Shown here piece by piece: positions 17,897 to 28,066 of a stretch of 64,000 nucleotides of DNA. Position 1 is the stretch's first letter; each line of letters begins with the position of its first letter. The translations under genes and the position numbers were made by a program. Source of the DNA: Dehalococcoidia bacterium. GTDB taxonomy: Bacteria; Chloroflexota; Dehalococcoidia; Plut-88900. The notes under the pieces are model-generated. The model did no database searches and was not told where the DNA came from. It saw only the letters and a list, made by a program, of their open reading frames with translations. The DNA lies in contig OZ240219.1 of NCBI GenBank assembly GCA_965197645.1, forward strand, positions 2,624,001 through 2,688,000. The letters run 5' to 3'.

Positions 17897-18825
17897 CCCT
17901 GACCGACATCGATCTCCATCGGAGTTTGCTGTGATCTCGCCCACTGGATGGCAAAGGAGAGGAACTCGTGCTGAAGCCTGCTGGTCAGGTGGTTCTCCAG
18001 ATATGTTATGTAAAGATGGCGTTTCAACTCAACACCCTCTATCTTCAGCGACCTTATTGAGCCGGATTCTATGCTCCTTCGGGCGGCGTAAGAGGAAACG
18101 AAGGCCACGCCAAGCCTGGCTTCCACCGCTGAGACGATGGACTGGGTGCTGCCGAAAACGGGGGCTCGCTGCCATTTGCGGCCATCGAAACCCGCTTCGT
18201 TCAGCAGCTTATAGACGCTTTCCATGGTACCCGAGCCCGACTCTCGTGTGATCAGCTTCTCCCCCTCCAGCTCCTCCAGGTTGATGGTCTGCCGTCGGGC
18301 GAAGGGATGGGACTCGGACACGATCAGCACGAGGTCGTCATCCAGGAACTTCTCGATATGCAGGCCCCTCCCTTCCACAGGCGCTCCTACGAAAGCCAGG
18401 TCACACTCCGCGCCGAGGAGCCGCTGCGATATAACCGCGGTATCTCCGATCTCCACCGAGGCCTCGACGGCGGGATGGACCGCCGAAAAATCTCCCAACA
18501 ATCGAGGTACGATGTACTCCCCAGGGACGGTGCTGGCGCCCAGCTCCAGCTTGCCGCTGACCTCGCCGGTCAGGCCCTGGAGCCGCTCCGACAGCCGGTG
18601 CTGCTCCGAGAGCACGTTGAGAGCGAAGCTGTGAAACTGCTCTCCCGCCGAGGTCATGGTCACCGAGCCTTCTTTGCGGTCTAGAAGGTGCATGCCCAAG
18701 TCCCGCTCCAGCTTCTGGATCTGATGGGTTACCGCCGGCTGGCTCAGGGAAAGACGCTTGGCAGCCTCCGAGAAGCTGCTTCGTTTGACCACCTCTATGT
18801 AGGTCTTCAAATACTCGAGATTCAT
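17893..18825 (-). CDS. LysR-family regulator (CysL/CmpR-like; selenium-metabolism-associated type)
   Basis: MNLEYLKTY...SFSEAAKRLSLSQPAVT HTH; GASTVPGEY, RESGSGT. Confidence 0.88.
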   Translation of the reverse strand: MNLEYLKTYIEVVKRSSFSEAAKRLSLSQPAVTHQIQKLERDLGMHLLDRKEGSVTMTSAGEQFHSFALNVLSEQHRLSERLQGLTGEVSGKLELGASTVPGEYIVPRLLGDFSAVHPAVEASVEIGDTAVISQRLLGAECDLAFVGAPVEGRGLHIEKFLDDDLVLIVSESHPFARRQTINLEELEGEKLITRESGSGTMESVYKLLNEAGFDGRKWQRAPVFGSTQSIVSAVEARLGVAFVSSYAARRSIESGSIRSLKIEGVELKRHLYITYLENHLTSRLQHEFLSFAIQWARSQQTPMEIDVGQG

Positions 18826-18840
18826 CCGGTTGATATGCCG

Positions 18841-18855
18841 ATAGAAGTTGGCTAT
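18841..18855. promoter_or_regulatory. Candidate LysR operator ATAG-N7-CTAT
   Basis: ATAG aagttgg CTAT is a T-N11-A dyad in the divergent lysR/ABC gap. Confidence 0.6.
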
Positions 18856-18946
18856 ACTCTCCATTCAAGTTGTTTAACGGCTTGACTGGGCAGAGTACGC
18901 ATAGTCCCAGCCCACTGATTATAACCACTGGAAAGAGGAATTCACA

Positions 18947-19816
18947 TTGCGCAATCCGGTCAAGGCCATAGGACTGGTCCTATTGACGGTCCTGTTGCTG
19001 GCGGTTGCAGCCTGCGGAGACTCCGGCAAGACCCTTTACTTCAGCGGCATTCCCGACCAGAACGCTGCCGAGCTGGCGAGACGATACGGCGTGTTCTCCG
19101 ATTACCTGAGCGAACAGCTGGGTGTGGAGGTCAAGTTCATCCCCAGCGTGGACTATGCGGCGGTAGTAACCGGGTTCAAGACGGGGGACCTTCAGTTGGG
19201 CTGGTTTGGTGGCCTGACGGGCGTGCAGGCTCGCATAGCGGTACCCGACTCGGTGGCCATAGCACAGCGCCCCCGGGACACCGAGTTTCATTCCGAGTTC
19301 ATAGTCCAAGCGGACATAGAAGCTGATTCGCTGGAAGACCTGCGCGGGCTTACCTTCACCTTCGGCAGCGAAAACTCCACTTCAGGGCACCTGATGCCTC
19401 GCCATTTCCTGCTTGAGGCCGGCATCGACCCCGAAACCGATTTTCCCAGTGGACCCAACTACTCAGGGTCTCACGATAAGACGTGGCGGCTGGTCGAGAG
19501 CGGAGCGTTCCAGGCCGGGGCCCTTAACGAAGCGGTATGGGACAAAGCGGTCGAGGACGGCAGGGTGGACACCTCCGAGGTACGAGTGCTTGAAACGACG
19601 CCACCCTACTACGATTACAACTGGACCATCAGGGGCGATGTGGAGCAGGAGTTCGGCGCTGGATTCATCGAAAAGGTCAGGCAGGCGCTCCTGGATATAG
19701 ATGAGGAACAGCAGGAGATCCTGGACCTGTTCTCGGCGGAGGGGTTCATCGAGTCCGAAAACAGCAACTACGATGCCATACTCGATATAGCTAGAGACTT
19801 GGACATCGTTAGATGA
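18947..19816 (+). CDS. PhnD-like ABC substrate-binding lipoprotein (putative selenate-type subfamily)
   Basis: Lipobox VAAC, IPDQ, WFGGLTGVQAR, FTFGS.NSTSGHLMPR, SGSHDKT, TPPYYDYNWT. Confidence 0.82.
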   Translation: MRNPVKAIGLVLLTVLLLAVAACGDSGKTLYFSGIPDQNAAELARRYGVFSDYLSEQLGVEVKFIPSVDYAAVVTGFKTGDLQLGWFGGLTGVQARIAVPDSVAIAQRPRDTEFHSEFIVQADIEADSLEDLRGLTFTFGSENSTSGHLMPRHFLLEAGIDPETDFPSGPNYSGSHDKTWRLVESGAFQAGALNEAVWDKAVEDGRVDTSEVRVLETTPPYYDYNWTIRGDVEQEFGAGFIEKVRQALLDIDEEQQEILDLFSAEGFIESENSNYDAILDIARDLDIVR

Positions 19817-20604
19817 AAGTCGATCGAAACGGCAGCACGCCCATGTTCCTGCTTTCAGGCGCCGCCAAGCGGTACCCCGGCACCGTGGCGCTGGCCCCGA
19901 TCCGGCTGGAGATCGGACACGAGGAGCGGGTGGCCATCGTAGGGCCCAGCGGCAGCGGCAAGACGACCTTGCTTCACCTGCTGGGAGGTATAATCCAGCC
20001 CGACGTGGGAGGGGTTTTCATCGATGGGCGTCCCATGGCCAAGCAGTCCCCGGGACGAGAGCTGGCCGGCCTGGTGGGTATGATCCACCAACACTACGAC
20101 CTGGTCCCCAGGCTTTCGGTTGTGCACAACGTGCTGGCCGGGCGTCTCGGCTACTGGAGTTTCTGGCGCTCGCTGCTTTCCCTGGCCTCGCCTCAAGACC
20201 GCAACCATGCCCTAGAGGCCCTGAGGACGGCGGGAATCGAGGACAAGATAAACGAACGCACTTCGAGGCTCTCGGGGGGAGAACAGCAGAGAGTGGCCAT
20301 CGCCCGTTTGCTGGTGCAGGACCCCAGGGCCATCATCGCCGACGAGCCGGTGGCCTCATTGGACCCGACCCGCTCCACGGACCTGATGCGATTGCTGCGA
20401 GAGATAGCCGAGGCCTCCGGCAAGACCCTGGTCGCCAGCCTTCACTCCATTGAGTTAGTCAAGGAGCATTTCTCGCGGGTGATTGGACTGCGGGTCGGCG
20501 AGCTGGCTTTCGATATGCCGGTGGACCAATTGACCGACGAGGTCCTGGATGAGCTTTATCATATCGGAGAGACGGCAACCGACCGCCTGGTTCCGGTTTC
20601 TTGA
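19813..20604 (+). CDS. PhnC-like ABC ATPase
   Basis: GPSGSGKT, NVLAGRLG, LSGGEQQRV, ADEPVASLDP. Confidence 0.9.
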   Translation: MKVDRNGSTPMFLLSGAAKRYPGTVALAPIRLEIGHEERVAIVGPSGSGKTTLLHLLGGIIQPDVGGVFIDGRPMAKQSPGRELAGLVGMIHQHYDLVPRLSVVHNVLAGRLGYWSFWRSLLSLASPQDRNHALEALRTAGIEDKINERTSRLSGGEQQRVAIARLLVQDPRAIIADEPVASLDPTRSTDLMRLLREIAEASGKTLVASLHSIELVKEHFSRVIGLRVGELAFDMPVDQLTDEVLDELYHIGETATDRLVPVS

Positions 20605-21373
20605 GAGCCGTCGATTTCTAACAGTCCTGTTCCTGGCCGTACTGGCCTGGAGCCTCTACAACGTCGATTGGGGAGGCTCCATCATCCACACCGGCGGGGC
20701 ACGCTCCCTCGTAGACCTGGTCCGCACCTTCTTCACCCCTGAAATAGCGCCCTCATTTCTCAAGCTGGCCCTAGAAGCGACGTGGCTGACGGTGAGCTAC
20801 GCCGTTGCCGGCATCACCATCGCCATAGTGATAGGCCTGGTGATGGGAGTGATGGCTTCGGGTGTCCTGGCCCGGTCCGAGACCAACCGCCGCACGATGA
20901 TGATCGGCACCCGGGCCTTCCTGGCCGTCACCCGCTCGATTCATGAGCTGGTGTGGGCATGGTTCTTCGTGGTAGCCATCGGGCTGTCGCCCATGGCCGG
21001 GGTGCTCGGCCTCGCTATCCCCTACGGTGGCATACTGGGTCGGATATACGCCGATATCCTGAACGACGTGCCCCGAGAGCCGTTGAGGGCGCTTAGAGGC
21101 GCCGGCGCATCGGAGTGGAAGGTGCTGATATACGGCCGGCTCCCCATGGCCCTTCCGGATATGCTCAGCTACGGCTTCTACCGGTTCGAATGCGCTGTAA
21201 GGGCATCTGCGATCATGGGGTTCGTTGGTGTGGGCGGTCTCGGGCTGCAGATCCAGCTCTCCCTCGACGATCTGCTGTTCAACGAAGTGTGGACCCTGCT
21301 GTTCTTCCTCGTCGCCGTGGTGGTTGCGGTGGATTTGTGGAGCAGTGCGCTGCGCCGAAGGCTGACCAGATGA
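20549..21373 (+). CDS. PhnE-like ABC permease 1
   Basis: RSIHELVWA, YRFECAVRAS..GFVG.GGLG. Confidence 0.88.
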   Translation: MSFIISERRQPTAWFRFLESRRFLTVLFLAVLAWSLYNVDWGGSIIHTGGARSLVDLVRTFFTPEIAPSFLKLALEATWLTVSYAVAGITIAIVIGLVMGVMASGVLARSETNRRTMMIGTRAFLAVTRSIHELVWAWFFVVAIGLSPMAGVLGLAIPYGGILGRIYADILNDVPREPLRALRGAGASEWKVLIYGRLPMALPDMLSYGFYRFECAVRASAIMGFVGVGGLGLQIQLSLDDLLFNEVWTLLFFLVAVVVAVDLWSSALRRRLTR

Positions 21374-22245
21374 ACCGTACCCTGCCGGAAGAGCAACGTC
21401 ATAGGACTCGATGGCCCAGGTTGGGGGTGGTACGGGGCTCGGTCATAGGAGCGGTGCTGCTGGCCGCGGCCTCTTGGGCCTACATATTCGCTCAGGACGA
21501 CAACGGGATCGGAGACCTGTTCTCGCCCGGTTCATGGGCAGCCGCAGGTGGCTTCATCATGGAGCTTCTGGGCATAGGCGTAGACAGGACGCCGGCCTTC
21601 TTTAGCTGGAGCTCATGGGTAAGGACCGCCGAGCTGGCCTATCGGACCCTGGCGATGAGCATCCTGGCAGCGGTTTTTGCCGGCGCGGCCGTGCTTGTCA
21701 CCTTCCTCTTCGGTGCTAGAAACGTGGCCTCGGGAGAGATCGGTTCCGGGAGTCCGTATCTTCGCTACAGCCTGTTCATTGCAGCACGAGTGCTCTTCAC
21801 CTTCTCCAGGGCCGTTCCCGAGCTGATCTGGGCGATGATAATCATCTTCGTTCTCGCGCCGGGGATACTGCCGGGGGCGTTGGCGCTGGCGATACACAAC
21901 TACGGCATTCTGGGCAAGCTCAGCGCCGAGGTGGTGGAGGACCTGGACATCCGGCCCAGTAGAGCGCTCCGCGGGGCCGGCGCGGGCAACTTCCAGATGC
22001 TCTTCTACGGCGTCCTGCCCCAGGTGCTGCCCCAGTTCCTCACCTTCCTGCTGTACAGGTGGGAAGTGATCATCCGCACCACCCTCATAGTGGGGTTTGT
22101 CAGTGCCGGTGGTCTTGGGAAGCAGTTCAAGCTGAGCATGAGCTTCTTCCACTACACCGATGTGACCCTGCTGTTGCTGTGGTACATCATCCTGGTGGTC
22201 ATGGTCGATCTGGTCAGCACATGGCTCCGGCGCAAGGCTCGATAG
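21370..22245 (+). CDS. PhnE-like ABC permease 2
   Basis: RAVPELIWA, YRWEVIIR; ATG at 21370 overlaps the upstream stop. Confidence 0.88.
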   Translation: MNRTLPEEQRHRTRWPRLGVVRGSVIGAVLLAAASWAYIFAQDDNGIGDLFSPGSWAAAGGFIMELLGIGVDRTPAFFSWSSWVRTAELAYRTLAMSILAAVFAGAAVLVTFLFGARNVASGEIGSGSPYLRYSLFIAARVLFTFSRAVPELIWAMIIIFVLAPGILPGALALAIHNYGILGKLSAEVVEDLDIRPSRALRGAGAGNFQMLFYGVLPQVLPQFLTFLLYRWEVIIRTTLIVGFVSAGGLGKQFKLSMSFFHYTDVTLLLLWYIILVVMVDLVSTWLRRKAR

Positions 22246-22273
22246 CCTGCAGTAGTCCTAACCGATCCCACTA

Positions 22274-22395
22274 GACTGCCACGCCCCGACTTTGTCGGGG
22301 TTCGCAATGACGAAGATAGGGATTCAATCTCACCGTGGCCGTCGTTGCGAGCGAGGGGGAGTTCGTCTTGAGGGGGGGAGGGAGCGAAGCAATCT
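22274..22395. repeat. REP-like composite palindrome (family C, GTCATTGCGA...GCAATC type)
   Basis: Reverse complement matches 41997-42098 in both sub-units. Confidence 0.8.
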
Positions 22396-22431
22396 AGCCC
22401 GCTTCGACTGCCCCCTAGCCCCGCTCCAGGC

Positions 22432-22833
22432 CTAGTCCTTCGTGACGGCTATGACGTCGATCTCCACCAGGAGGTCGGGGTGGGCCAGTGCGACTACCAC
22501 GACACCGGTGGAGGTGGGCAGCGGATCGTCGGTGCCCAGGAACCGTCGTCGAACGGCGGATATCTTGGCAAAGTTGTCCGCCCCTACCACGAAGGTGAAC
22601 ACCTTTACTATGTCGCCCAGGCCCGATCCGGCAGCCTCCAGGACCTGCTTGATGTTGCCCCAGACGTACTCGGCCTGGGCCTCGACGTCCCCTTTGCCGA
22701 CCACGTCGCCGTCGGTCCCAAAGGCCACCTGTCCGGAAATGCGGATGGTGTTGCCGGTCTTAACGGCGTGGGATATCTTCAGATTGTCCTTGTACGAAAA
22801 TATCCCGTCTACGTTGATGGCTTCCCCGTTCAT
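22432..22833 (-). CDS. Rid (YjgF/UK114) family protein
   Basis: SHAVKTGNTI.ISGQV, LLVEIDVIA. Confidence 0.85.
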   Translation of the reverse strand: MNGEAINVDGIFSYKDNLKISHAVKTGNTIRISGQVAFGTDGDVVGKGDVEAQAEYVWGNIKQVLEAAGSGLGDIVKVFTFVVGADNFAKISAVRRRFLGTDDPLPTSTGVVVVALAHPDLLVEIDVIAVTKD

Positions 22834-22849
22834 GTATACCTCCTTATGT

Positions 22850-23248
22850 CTAATCGTCCACGACGGCGATGGCGCCTATCTCTATCAGGATTCCCGGGGG
22901 ATACAGCTCCTTGACGACCACCCCTACGCATGCGGGCAACGGGTCGGTGTTGAAGTAGCGCTTGCGGGTCTCGGCAATCTTGTCCCAGTCACCGTTGTCC
23001 AGGATGTAGACATCGTAGTTGACCACATCTTTCAGGCCGGCTCCCGCTTCTTCCAGGACAGCTTTCATGTTCTCGAAGGAGTCGGCGCATTGGGCAGCGA
23101 CGTCGCCTTCGTGGAGAACGTTTCCTTCAGCATTGGTCGGCGCCATCCCTGAAATGTAGATGGTGTTGCCGGCCTTGACGGCGTGGGAGCTGGCGTACAT
23201 GTCATAGGGGTATATCTGAGATGTTTTTATCGCTTTACGCTCCATCAT
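22850..23248 (-). CDS. Rid (YjgF/UK114) family protein, tandem paralog
   Basis: SHAVKAGNTIYISG, LIEIGAIA; SD AAGGAGG. Confidence 0.85.
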   Translation of the reverse strand: MMERKAIKTSQIYPYDMYASSHAVKAGNTIYISGMAPTNAEGNVLHEGDVAAQCADSFENMKAVLEEAGAGLKDVVNYDVYILDNGDWDKIAETRKRYFNTDPLPACVGVVVKELYPPGILIEIGAIAVVDD

Positions 23249-23458
23249 GTCCCTCCTTGGAGTGGGTCTCGTGCTAAGGCCCCGGAATTCCGCCGGCGAA
23301 AGTCGTTGTGTGTCCGGCCGCTATGGGAGCCAACGGGAGCAAAATGCTTCACTATCGCTGGCCTTTGGGACGTTCTGGAAACGGAACCCGGCTGACCAGC
23401 CGCTGCTCCGTACGTCCAAGGCATCAGCCCCGCAACCGTTATTCCTTCGACAGGGCGG

Positions 23459-24220
23459 CTATATGGCCATGTACCCGCCGTCGACGGTCATCGTGTGGCC
23501 GGTGACGAAGGAGGCGGCATCCGAACAGAGCCACACCACCGCTTCAGCTATCTCCTCCGCCTCACCCAGGCGTCCCATTGGAGTCTGAGCGATCATGCGG
23601 CGGCCGGATTCCGGGTCGGCTTCTATGCCGGGCACGGTCATCGGGGTCCGGATGTAGCCGGGACATACTGCATTGACCCGGATTCCTGCAGTAGCGTACT
23701 CCAGGGCCGCCACCCTGGTAACACCGACTACTCCATGTTTCGCCGCGTTGTAGGCGGTGCTCCCGGGAGCCCCGGCCAGGCCGTAGATGGAAGCGGTGTT
23801 CACAATCGACCCGCCTCCCTGCTCCTGCATGTGGGGTATCTCGTACTTCATGCACAGCCAGACGCTCTTCAGGTCGACGTTTATCACCCGGTCCCAGTCC
23901 TCTTCAGAAATGTCGACGGTGCTCGCGCCCCCTCCGGCTATCCCGGCGTTGTTGAAGGCGCAGTCCAGCCGGCCGTAGGTCTGGACCACCTTGTCGATGA
24001 GGGATTTGACCTCGTCGGAACTGGTAATCTCCACCTGGAACGCGGTGGCTTCGCCTCCCAGGTCCTCTACCATGCGAGCCGTCTCCTCCGCACCGGGGAG
24101 GTTAACGTCCGCAACGGCTACTTTAGCCCCCTCCCTGGCACAGGCCACACTGGTGGACCGCCCGATGCCCGAGCTCCCCCCGGTAACCAAAACGACTTTG
24201 TTCTCTAAGCTGGCCGCCAT
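23459..24220 (-). CDS. Classical SDR oxidoreductase
   Basis: TGGSSGIG, NNAG, YNAAK. Confidence 0.92.
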   Translation of the reverse strand: MAASLENKVVLVTGGSSGIGRSTSVACAREGAKVAVADVNLPGAEETARMVEDLGGEATAFQVEITSSDEVKSLIDKVVQTYGRLDCAFNNAGIAGGGASTVDISEEDWDRVINVDLKSVWLCMKYEIPHMQEQGGGSIVNTASIYGLAGAPGSTAYNAAKHGVVGVTRVAALEYATAGIRVNAVCPGYIRTPMTVPGIEADPESGRRMIAQTPMGRLGEAEEIAEAVVWLCSDAASFVTGHTMTVDGGYMAI

Positions 24221-24313
24221 GTGTCTGCTCCTTCATCCGGCCCGCGCTCGCCGCAGCCCGGGCGGTTACCGGCCCGATTTATGAACCTTCTGGGAAACCG
24301 TAGGATACCAGAA

Positions 24314-25633
24314 TTAGGAGTGAGAGTAGAAGCGCGCCTTGAGGGAGGTCTGCAGCTCGGCGCGAAAGTCCGGGTGCGCGATCGACACCAGCGCTTCGGC
24401 CCGTTCCTTCAGCGACCGGCCCAGCAGTTTGGCCACGCCGTGTTCCGTGACCACGTAGTCGGCCAGGGTGCGGGGTATCGTAACCGTGGAGCCCTCTCTC
24501 AACATGTGCACTATCCGGGATTCGGACGCGTCAGTATTCGTCGAACGGAGAGCGGTAATGGAACGTCCGCCCTTGGACATCAGTGCGCCGATGACGAACT
24601 CGGGCTGTCCGCCAGGCCCATTGATGGGCACGAGCTCAGGGTTGTTTTCGACGTTTATCTGCCCCGTCAGGTCCACGGATGCCGCGCCATTTATGGCGAC
24701 CATATTATCGTGGGCGGCTATCACCTTGATGTCGTTGGTGTAGTCTACGTCCTTGACGTGGATGAGCGGGTTGTCTACGGCCAGCTCCATATCCTTGCCG
24801 GCGCCGTTCAACGAGGTCACGACAGCTATGCCCGGGTTCAGGGTCTTGCGCTTGCCGTTGATAACCCCTGCTTGCACAAGCTGGGGTATGCCCGGAGCCG
24901 TGATCTCGGCGTGGATGCCCAGTTCCAGCTTATCGTCGAATACCCCCATGGCGGGCAGGGACATGGCCACGTTGCTCCAGCCGATCTGGATCGTATCCCC
25001 ATGATCTATCAGGCTGCCGATGTGGTGGCCCATCCGACGGCCTATGTCGTCCGGTTCAGGCACGGAATAGTAGGGTTCGGGTTCGGCAGGCGTGTTCTCG
25101 ACAAAGCAGTCGATCTTGCCGACGTGCACCCGGTTATCCCCGCAGGTGCGGATGTGCCGAGCGTTCACCTCGGCAAGGACAATACGAGACCAATCGATGT
25201 ATGCTCGCTTGTTCCAGAGGCTATGACCGAAGCTGCAGTATCCCTCCTCGTCGGGAGGAGAAACCGAGACCAGGTAGACGTCGGGGCGGGCCCATTCCCG
25301 CTCCCGCTGGGCCTTGAGGCTGAGGGTGAAGAGGAAGGGAACGAACTCGGCGCGGTTGTCGTGAAGTATGTCCCGGAACTCGCTGCGAAAAGTGTTCTGG
25401 ACCTTGATCCGAAAGTAGGGTCTCATTCCGGGTTCGAACCAGCCCTGGTCGAGGCCGGGGCCGGAGTACTCAACGGTGACGTTCTCAATCTCGCCGGCGC
25501 GGGCCTGGAGCATGGTGACGAGAAGGGGCGGTTCGTCGGAGTAGGCCACGTGGACTGTGTGGCCGGACCTGACCACAGACACCGCTTCTTCGGCGGAGAC
25601 CAGTCGAGCTGTATACGTATCCCTCCAGCTCAT
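24314..25633 (-). CDS. Acetyl-CoA hydrolase/4-hydroxybutyrate CoA-transferase family
   Basis: VSPPDEEGYCSFG, LGIHAE, VDLTGQ, GGQ, DYVVTEHGVA, IAHPDFR. Confidence 0.88.
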   Translation of the reverse strand: MSWRDTYTARLVSAEEAVSVVRSGHTVHVAYSDEPPLLVTMLQARAGEIENVTVEYSGPGLDQGWFEPGMRPYFRIKVQNTFRSEFRDILHDNRAEFVPFLFTLSLKAQREREWARPDVYLVSVSPPDEEGYCSFGHSLWNKRAYIDWSRIVLAEVNARHIRTCGDNRVHVGKIDCFVENTPAEPEPYYSVPEPDDIGRRMGHHIGSLIDHGDTIQIGWSNVAMSLPAMGVFDDKLELGIHAEITAPGIPQLVQAGVINGKRKTLNPGIAVVTSLNGAGKDMELAVDNPLIHVKDVDYTNDIKVIAAHDNMVAINGAASVDLTGQINVENNPELVPINGPGGQPEFVIGALMSKGGRSITALRSTNTDASESRIVHMLREGSTVTIPRTLADYVVTEHGVAKLLGRSLKERAEALVSIAHPDFRAELQTSLKARFYSHS

Positions 25634-25672
25634 GGAAACAGGATACGGGCCGGTTGGGGCGAAGGCAACCGG

Positions 25673-26830
25673 TTAGGTCACGGGTGAGCCGACGGCCAGC
25701 TTATCTCGAATGGCCCCAAGAAGATGGTCGAAGCACCAGCCTTTTTTGGCGGAGATGGTGACCATGTCATCGGGCATCCGTAGCTGAGGCAACAACCCCA
25801 GACCGTCGATTTCTCCGTTGGCCGACTTGCCATCGCTGCCGGAAAGGAGATCGATCTTGTTCAGTGCGGTGAGAGCCGGCTTGCCCGACAGTCCCAACTC
25901 GTTCAGGACTCCTTCCACCTCCTCCACCTGCTCGGGGGCGTTGGGGTGGTTCACGTCCACGACGTGAACGAGGAGGTCGGCGTCAGACAGCTCCTCCAGC
26001 GTGGCCCTGAAGGCAGCTACCAGAATGGGCGGCAGCTTCTGGATGAAGCCAACGGTATCGGTCAGGAGAACGTCGACGCCGTCCGCCAGGTGGAGCCGCC
26101 GTGTAACCGGGTCCAGGGTAGCGAAGAGCTTGTCTTCGGCCCGGACGCTGGCACTGGTGAGACGGTTTAGAAGGGTGCTCTTACCGGAGTTGGTGTACCC
26201 GACCAAGGCCACCACCAGCACCCCACGCCGCTTTCTATCGCTGCGGTACAGGGCACGATGGGTCCTGATCTCCTCGATCTGTCCCTTGAGGCGGTGGACC
26301 TTGTTCCTGATCAGTCGCCTGTCGGTCTCCAGCTGGGACTCGCCGGGGCCCCGGGTGCCGATGCCCCCACCCAGCCGCTCCAGGTGGCTCCATTGACCGG
26401 CCAGTCTAGGCAGCAGGTACTCGTGCTGCGCCAGCTCGACCTGGAGCTTTCCCTCACGGGTCTGGGCCCTTTGTGCGAACACGTCGAGGATGAGGGCCGT
26501 ACGGTCGATGATCTTCACCTTCAACCGGTCCTCTAGCGCCCTCTGCTGGGAGGGTGAAAGCTCGTCGTCGGCGATGACTACATCGAAGTGGAGGGAGCCC
26601 TTGAGATCCTTCAACTCCTGGAGTTTGCCCTTGCCCAGATAGGTCGGGCTGCTCCTGGGGAGCCGCTGCGTCAGCGAGCCGACCACTTCGGCGTTGGCGC
26701 TGCGAGCCAGCTGGGCCAGCTCTTCCAGCGAGTCTTCCATGCTCCAGGACGTCCTTTCACCCTTGACGCCGGCGCCTATCAGGAACGCCTGCTCGGGTGT
26801 CGGGTAGGTTGCCTTGGTAGATCGGCTGAT
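25673..26830 (-). CDS. hflX: GTPase HflX (probable non-canonical ATC start at 26830; first ATG at 26740)
   Basis: [44 protein letters not shown]; upstream in-frame PEQAFLIGA. Confidence 0.92.
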   Translation of the reverse strand: MSRSTKATYPTPEQAFLIGAGVKGERTSWSMEDSLEELAQLARSANAEVVGSLTQRLPRSSPTYLGKGKLQELKDLKGSLHFDVVIADDELSPSQQRALEDRLKVKIIDRTALILDVFAQRAQTREGKLQVELAQHEYLLPRLAGQWSHLERLGGGIGTRGPGESQLETDRRLIRNKVHRLKGQIEEIRTHRALYRSDRKRRGVLVVALVGYTNSGKSTLLNRLTSASVRAEDKLFATLDPVTRRLHLADGVDVLLTDTVGFIQKLPPILVAAFRATLEELSDADLLVHVVDVNHPNAPEQVEEVEGVLNELGLSGKPALTALNKIDLLSGSDGKSANGEIDGLGLLPQLRMPDDMVTISAKKGWCFDHLLGAIRDKLAVGSPVT

Positions 26831-26873
26831 GGATCTCTCCTGGTTAATGAAGGTTGCCAGGTGAAAGAGATTG

Positions 26874-28034
26874 CTATGACGATACGGACGCTATTCGCTC
26901 CAGGGCCTCGTCTATCCGGTCGTCGGGCACGGTGAGGGACAGGCGTATATAGCCTTCGCCCTGGTCTCCGTAACCGAGGCCCGGGGTCACCACCACCGAT
27001 ACCTCGTCCAGCAGCTTGGCGGCGTAGTCGGCCGAGGTGTATCCCTCGGGGACCCTAGCCCACAGGTAGAAGCTGGCCTTGGGCGGCTGCACTCTCAGTC
27101 CCAGCTTGGCCAGGCCGGCAACCAGCCGGTCCCGGCGGTTCTGATAGATGGCTGCGTTTTCGGCCACACAGTCCTGGGGCCCTTCCAGCGCCTCTATGGC
27201 CGCGTACTGGATCGCTTGGGGGATCCCCGAGTCCAGGTTCGACTTGACCACGGTTAGTGCCCGGATAAGGTCGGCGTTGCCGACGGCCATCGCGATGCGC
27301 CATCCCGTCATATTGTAGGTCTTGGAGAAGGAGTGGAACTCTATCCCCACGTCCTTTGCTCCGTCCGCCTCCAGGAAGCTGGTGGGCCTATAGCCGTCGA
27401 AGGCCATCTCGCTGTAGGGGGCATCGTTGCAGACGGCCAGATCGTACTTGCGGGCGAACTCGGCCACCCTGTTGTAGAAGTCCAGGCCGGCCACGGCGCC
27501 GGTGGGATTGTTGGGATAGTTGATCCAGAGGACTCTTGCCCTGCTCAAAATGTCGGCTGGTATGTCGTCCAGCTCTGGAAGAAAGCCGTTCTCTTCCCGC
27601 AGTGGAACGGGGTAGGAGTCGCCGCCGGCAAAGAGAGTGCCCATGCTGTACACCGGGTAGGCGGGGTCCGGGACGAGAGCGATGTCGCCCTGGTCTATGA
27701 GACACAGCGCCACGTGGCCGATGCCCTCCTTGGAGCCGATCAGAGGCACCACCTCACTGTTGGGGTCCAGGTCGACGCCAAATCTGTCGCCGTACCACTT
27801 CGCTATCGCCGCCCTGAGCTCCGGGAGACCGTCGGATTCCGGGTAGCGATGGTTGGCCGGCACCGCGCTTTCCCGGACCATTCGATCGAGGATGTGGGTT
27901 GGGGTGGGCAGGTCCGGATCGCCGATGGCGAAGCTTATCACGTCCTCGCCCTGGGACTTCTTCTCGGCGATCTTGCGGCTGATCTCAACGAAGAGGTAAG
28001 GCGGCACCGCTTCTATACGACTGGCTAGTCTCAT
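26874..28034 (-). CDS. dapL: LL-diaminopimelate aminotransferase
   Basis: [35 protein letters not shown]; adjacent to dapF. Confidence 0.85.
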   Translation of the reverse strand: MRLASRIEAVPPYLFVEISRKIAEKKSQGEDVISFAIGDPDLPTPTHILDRMVRESAVPANHRYPESDGLPELRAAIAKWYGDRFGVDLDPNSEVVPLIGSKEGIGHVALCLIDQGDIALVPDPAYPVYSMGTLFAGGDSYPVPLREENGFLPELDDIPADILSRARVLWINYPNNPTGAVAGLDFYNRVAEFARKYDLAVCNDAPYSEMAFDGYRPTSFLEADGAKDVGIEFHSFSKTYNMTGWRIAMAVGNADLIRALTVVKSNLDSGIPQAIQYAAIEALEGPQDCVAENAAIYQNRRDRLVAGLAKLGLRVQPPKASFYLWARVPEGYTSADYAAKLLDEVSVVVTPGLGYGDQGEGYIRLSLTVPDDRIDEALERIASVSS

Positions 28035-28066
28035 TCAATCCCCCTGTTCAATGGCAGATAAATCGA

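Noticed and set aside
18947-22245. C-P lyase or phosphite oxidation operon
   Set aside because: No phnG-M or ptxD genes in the window
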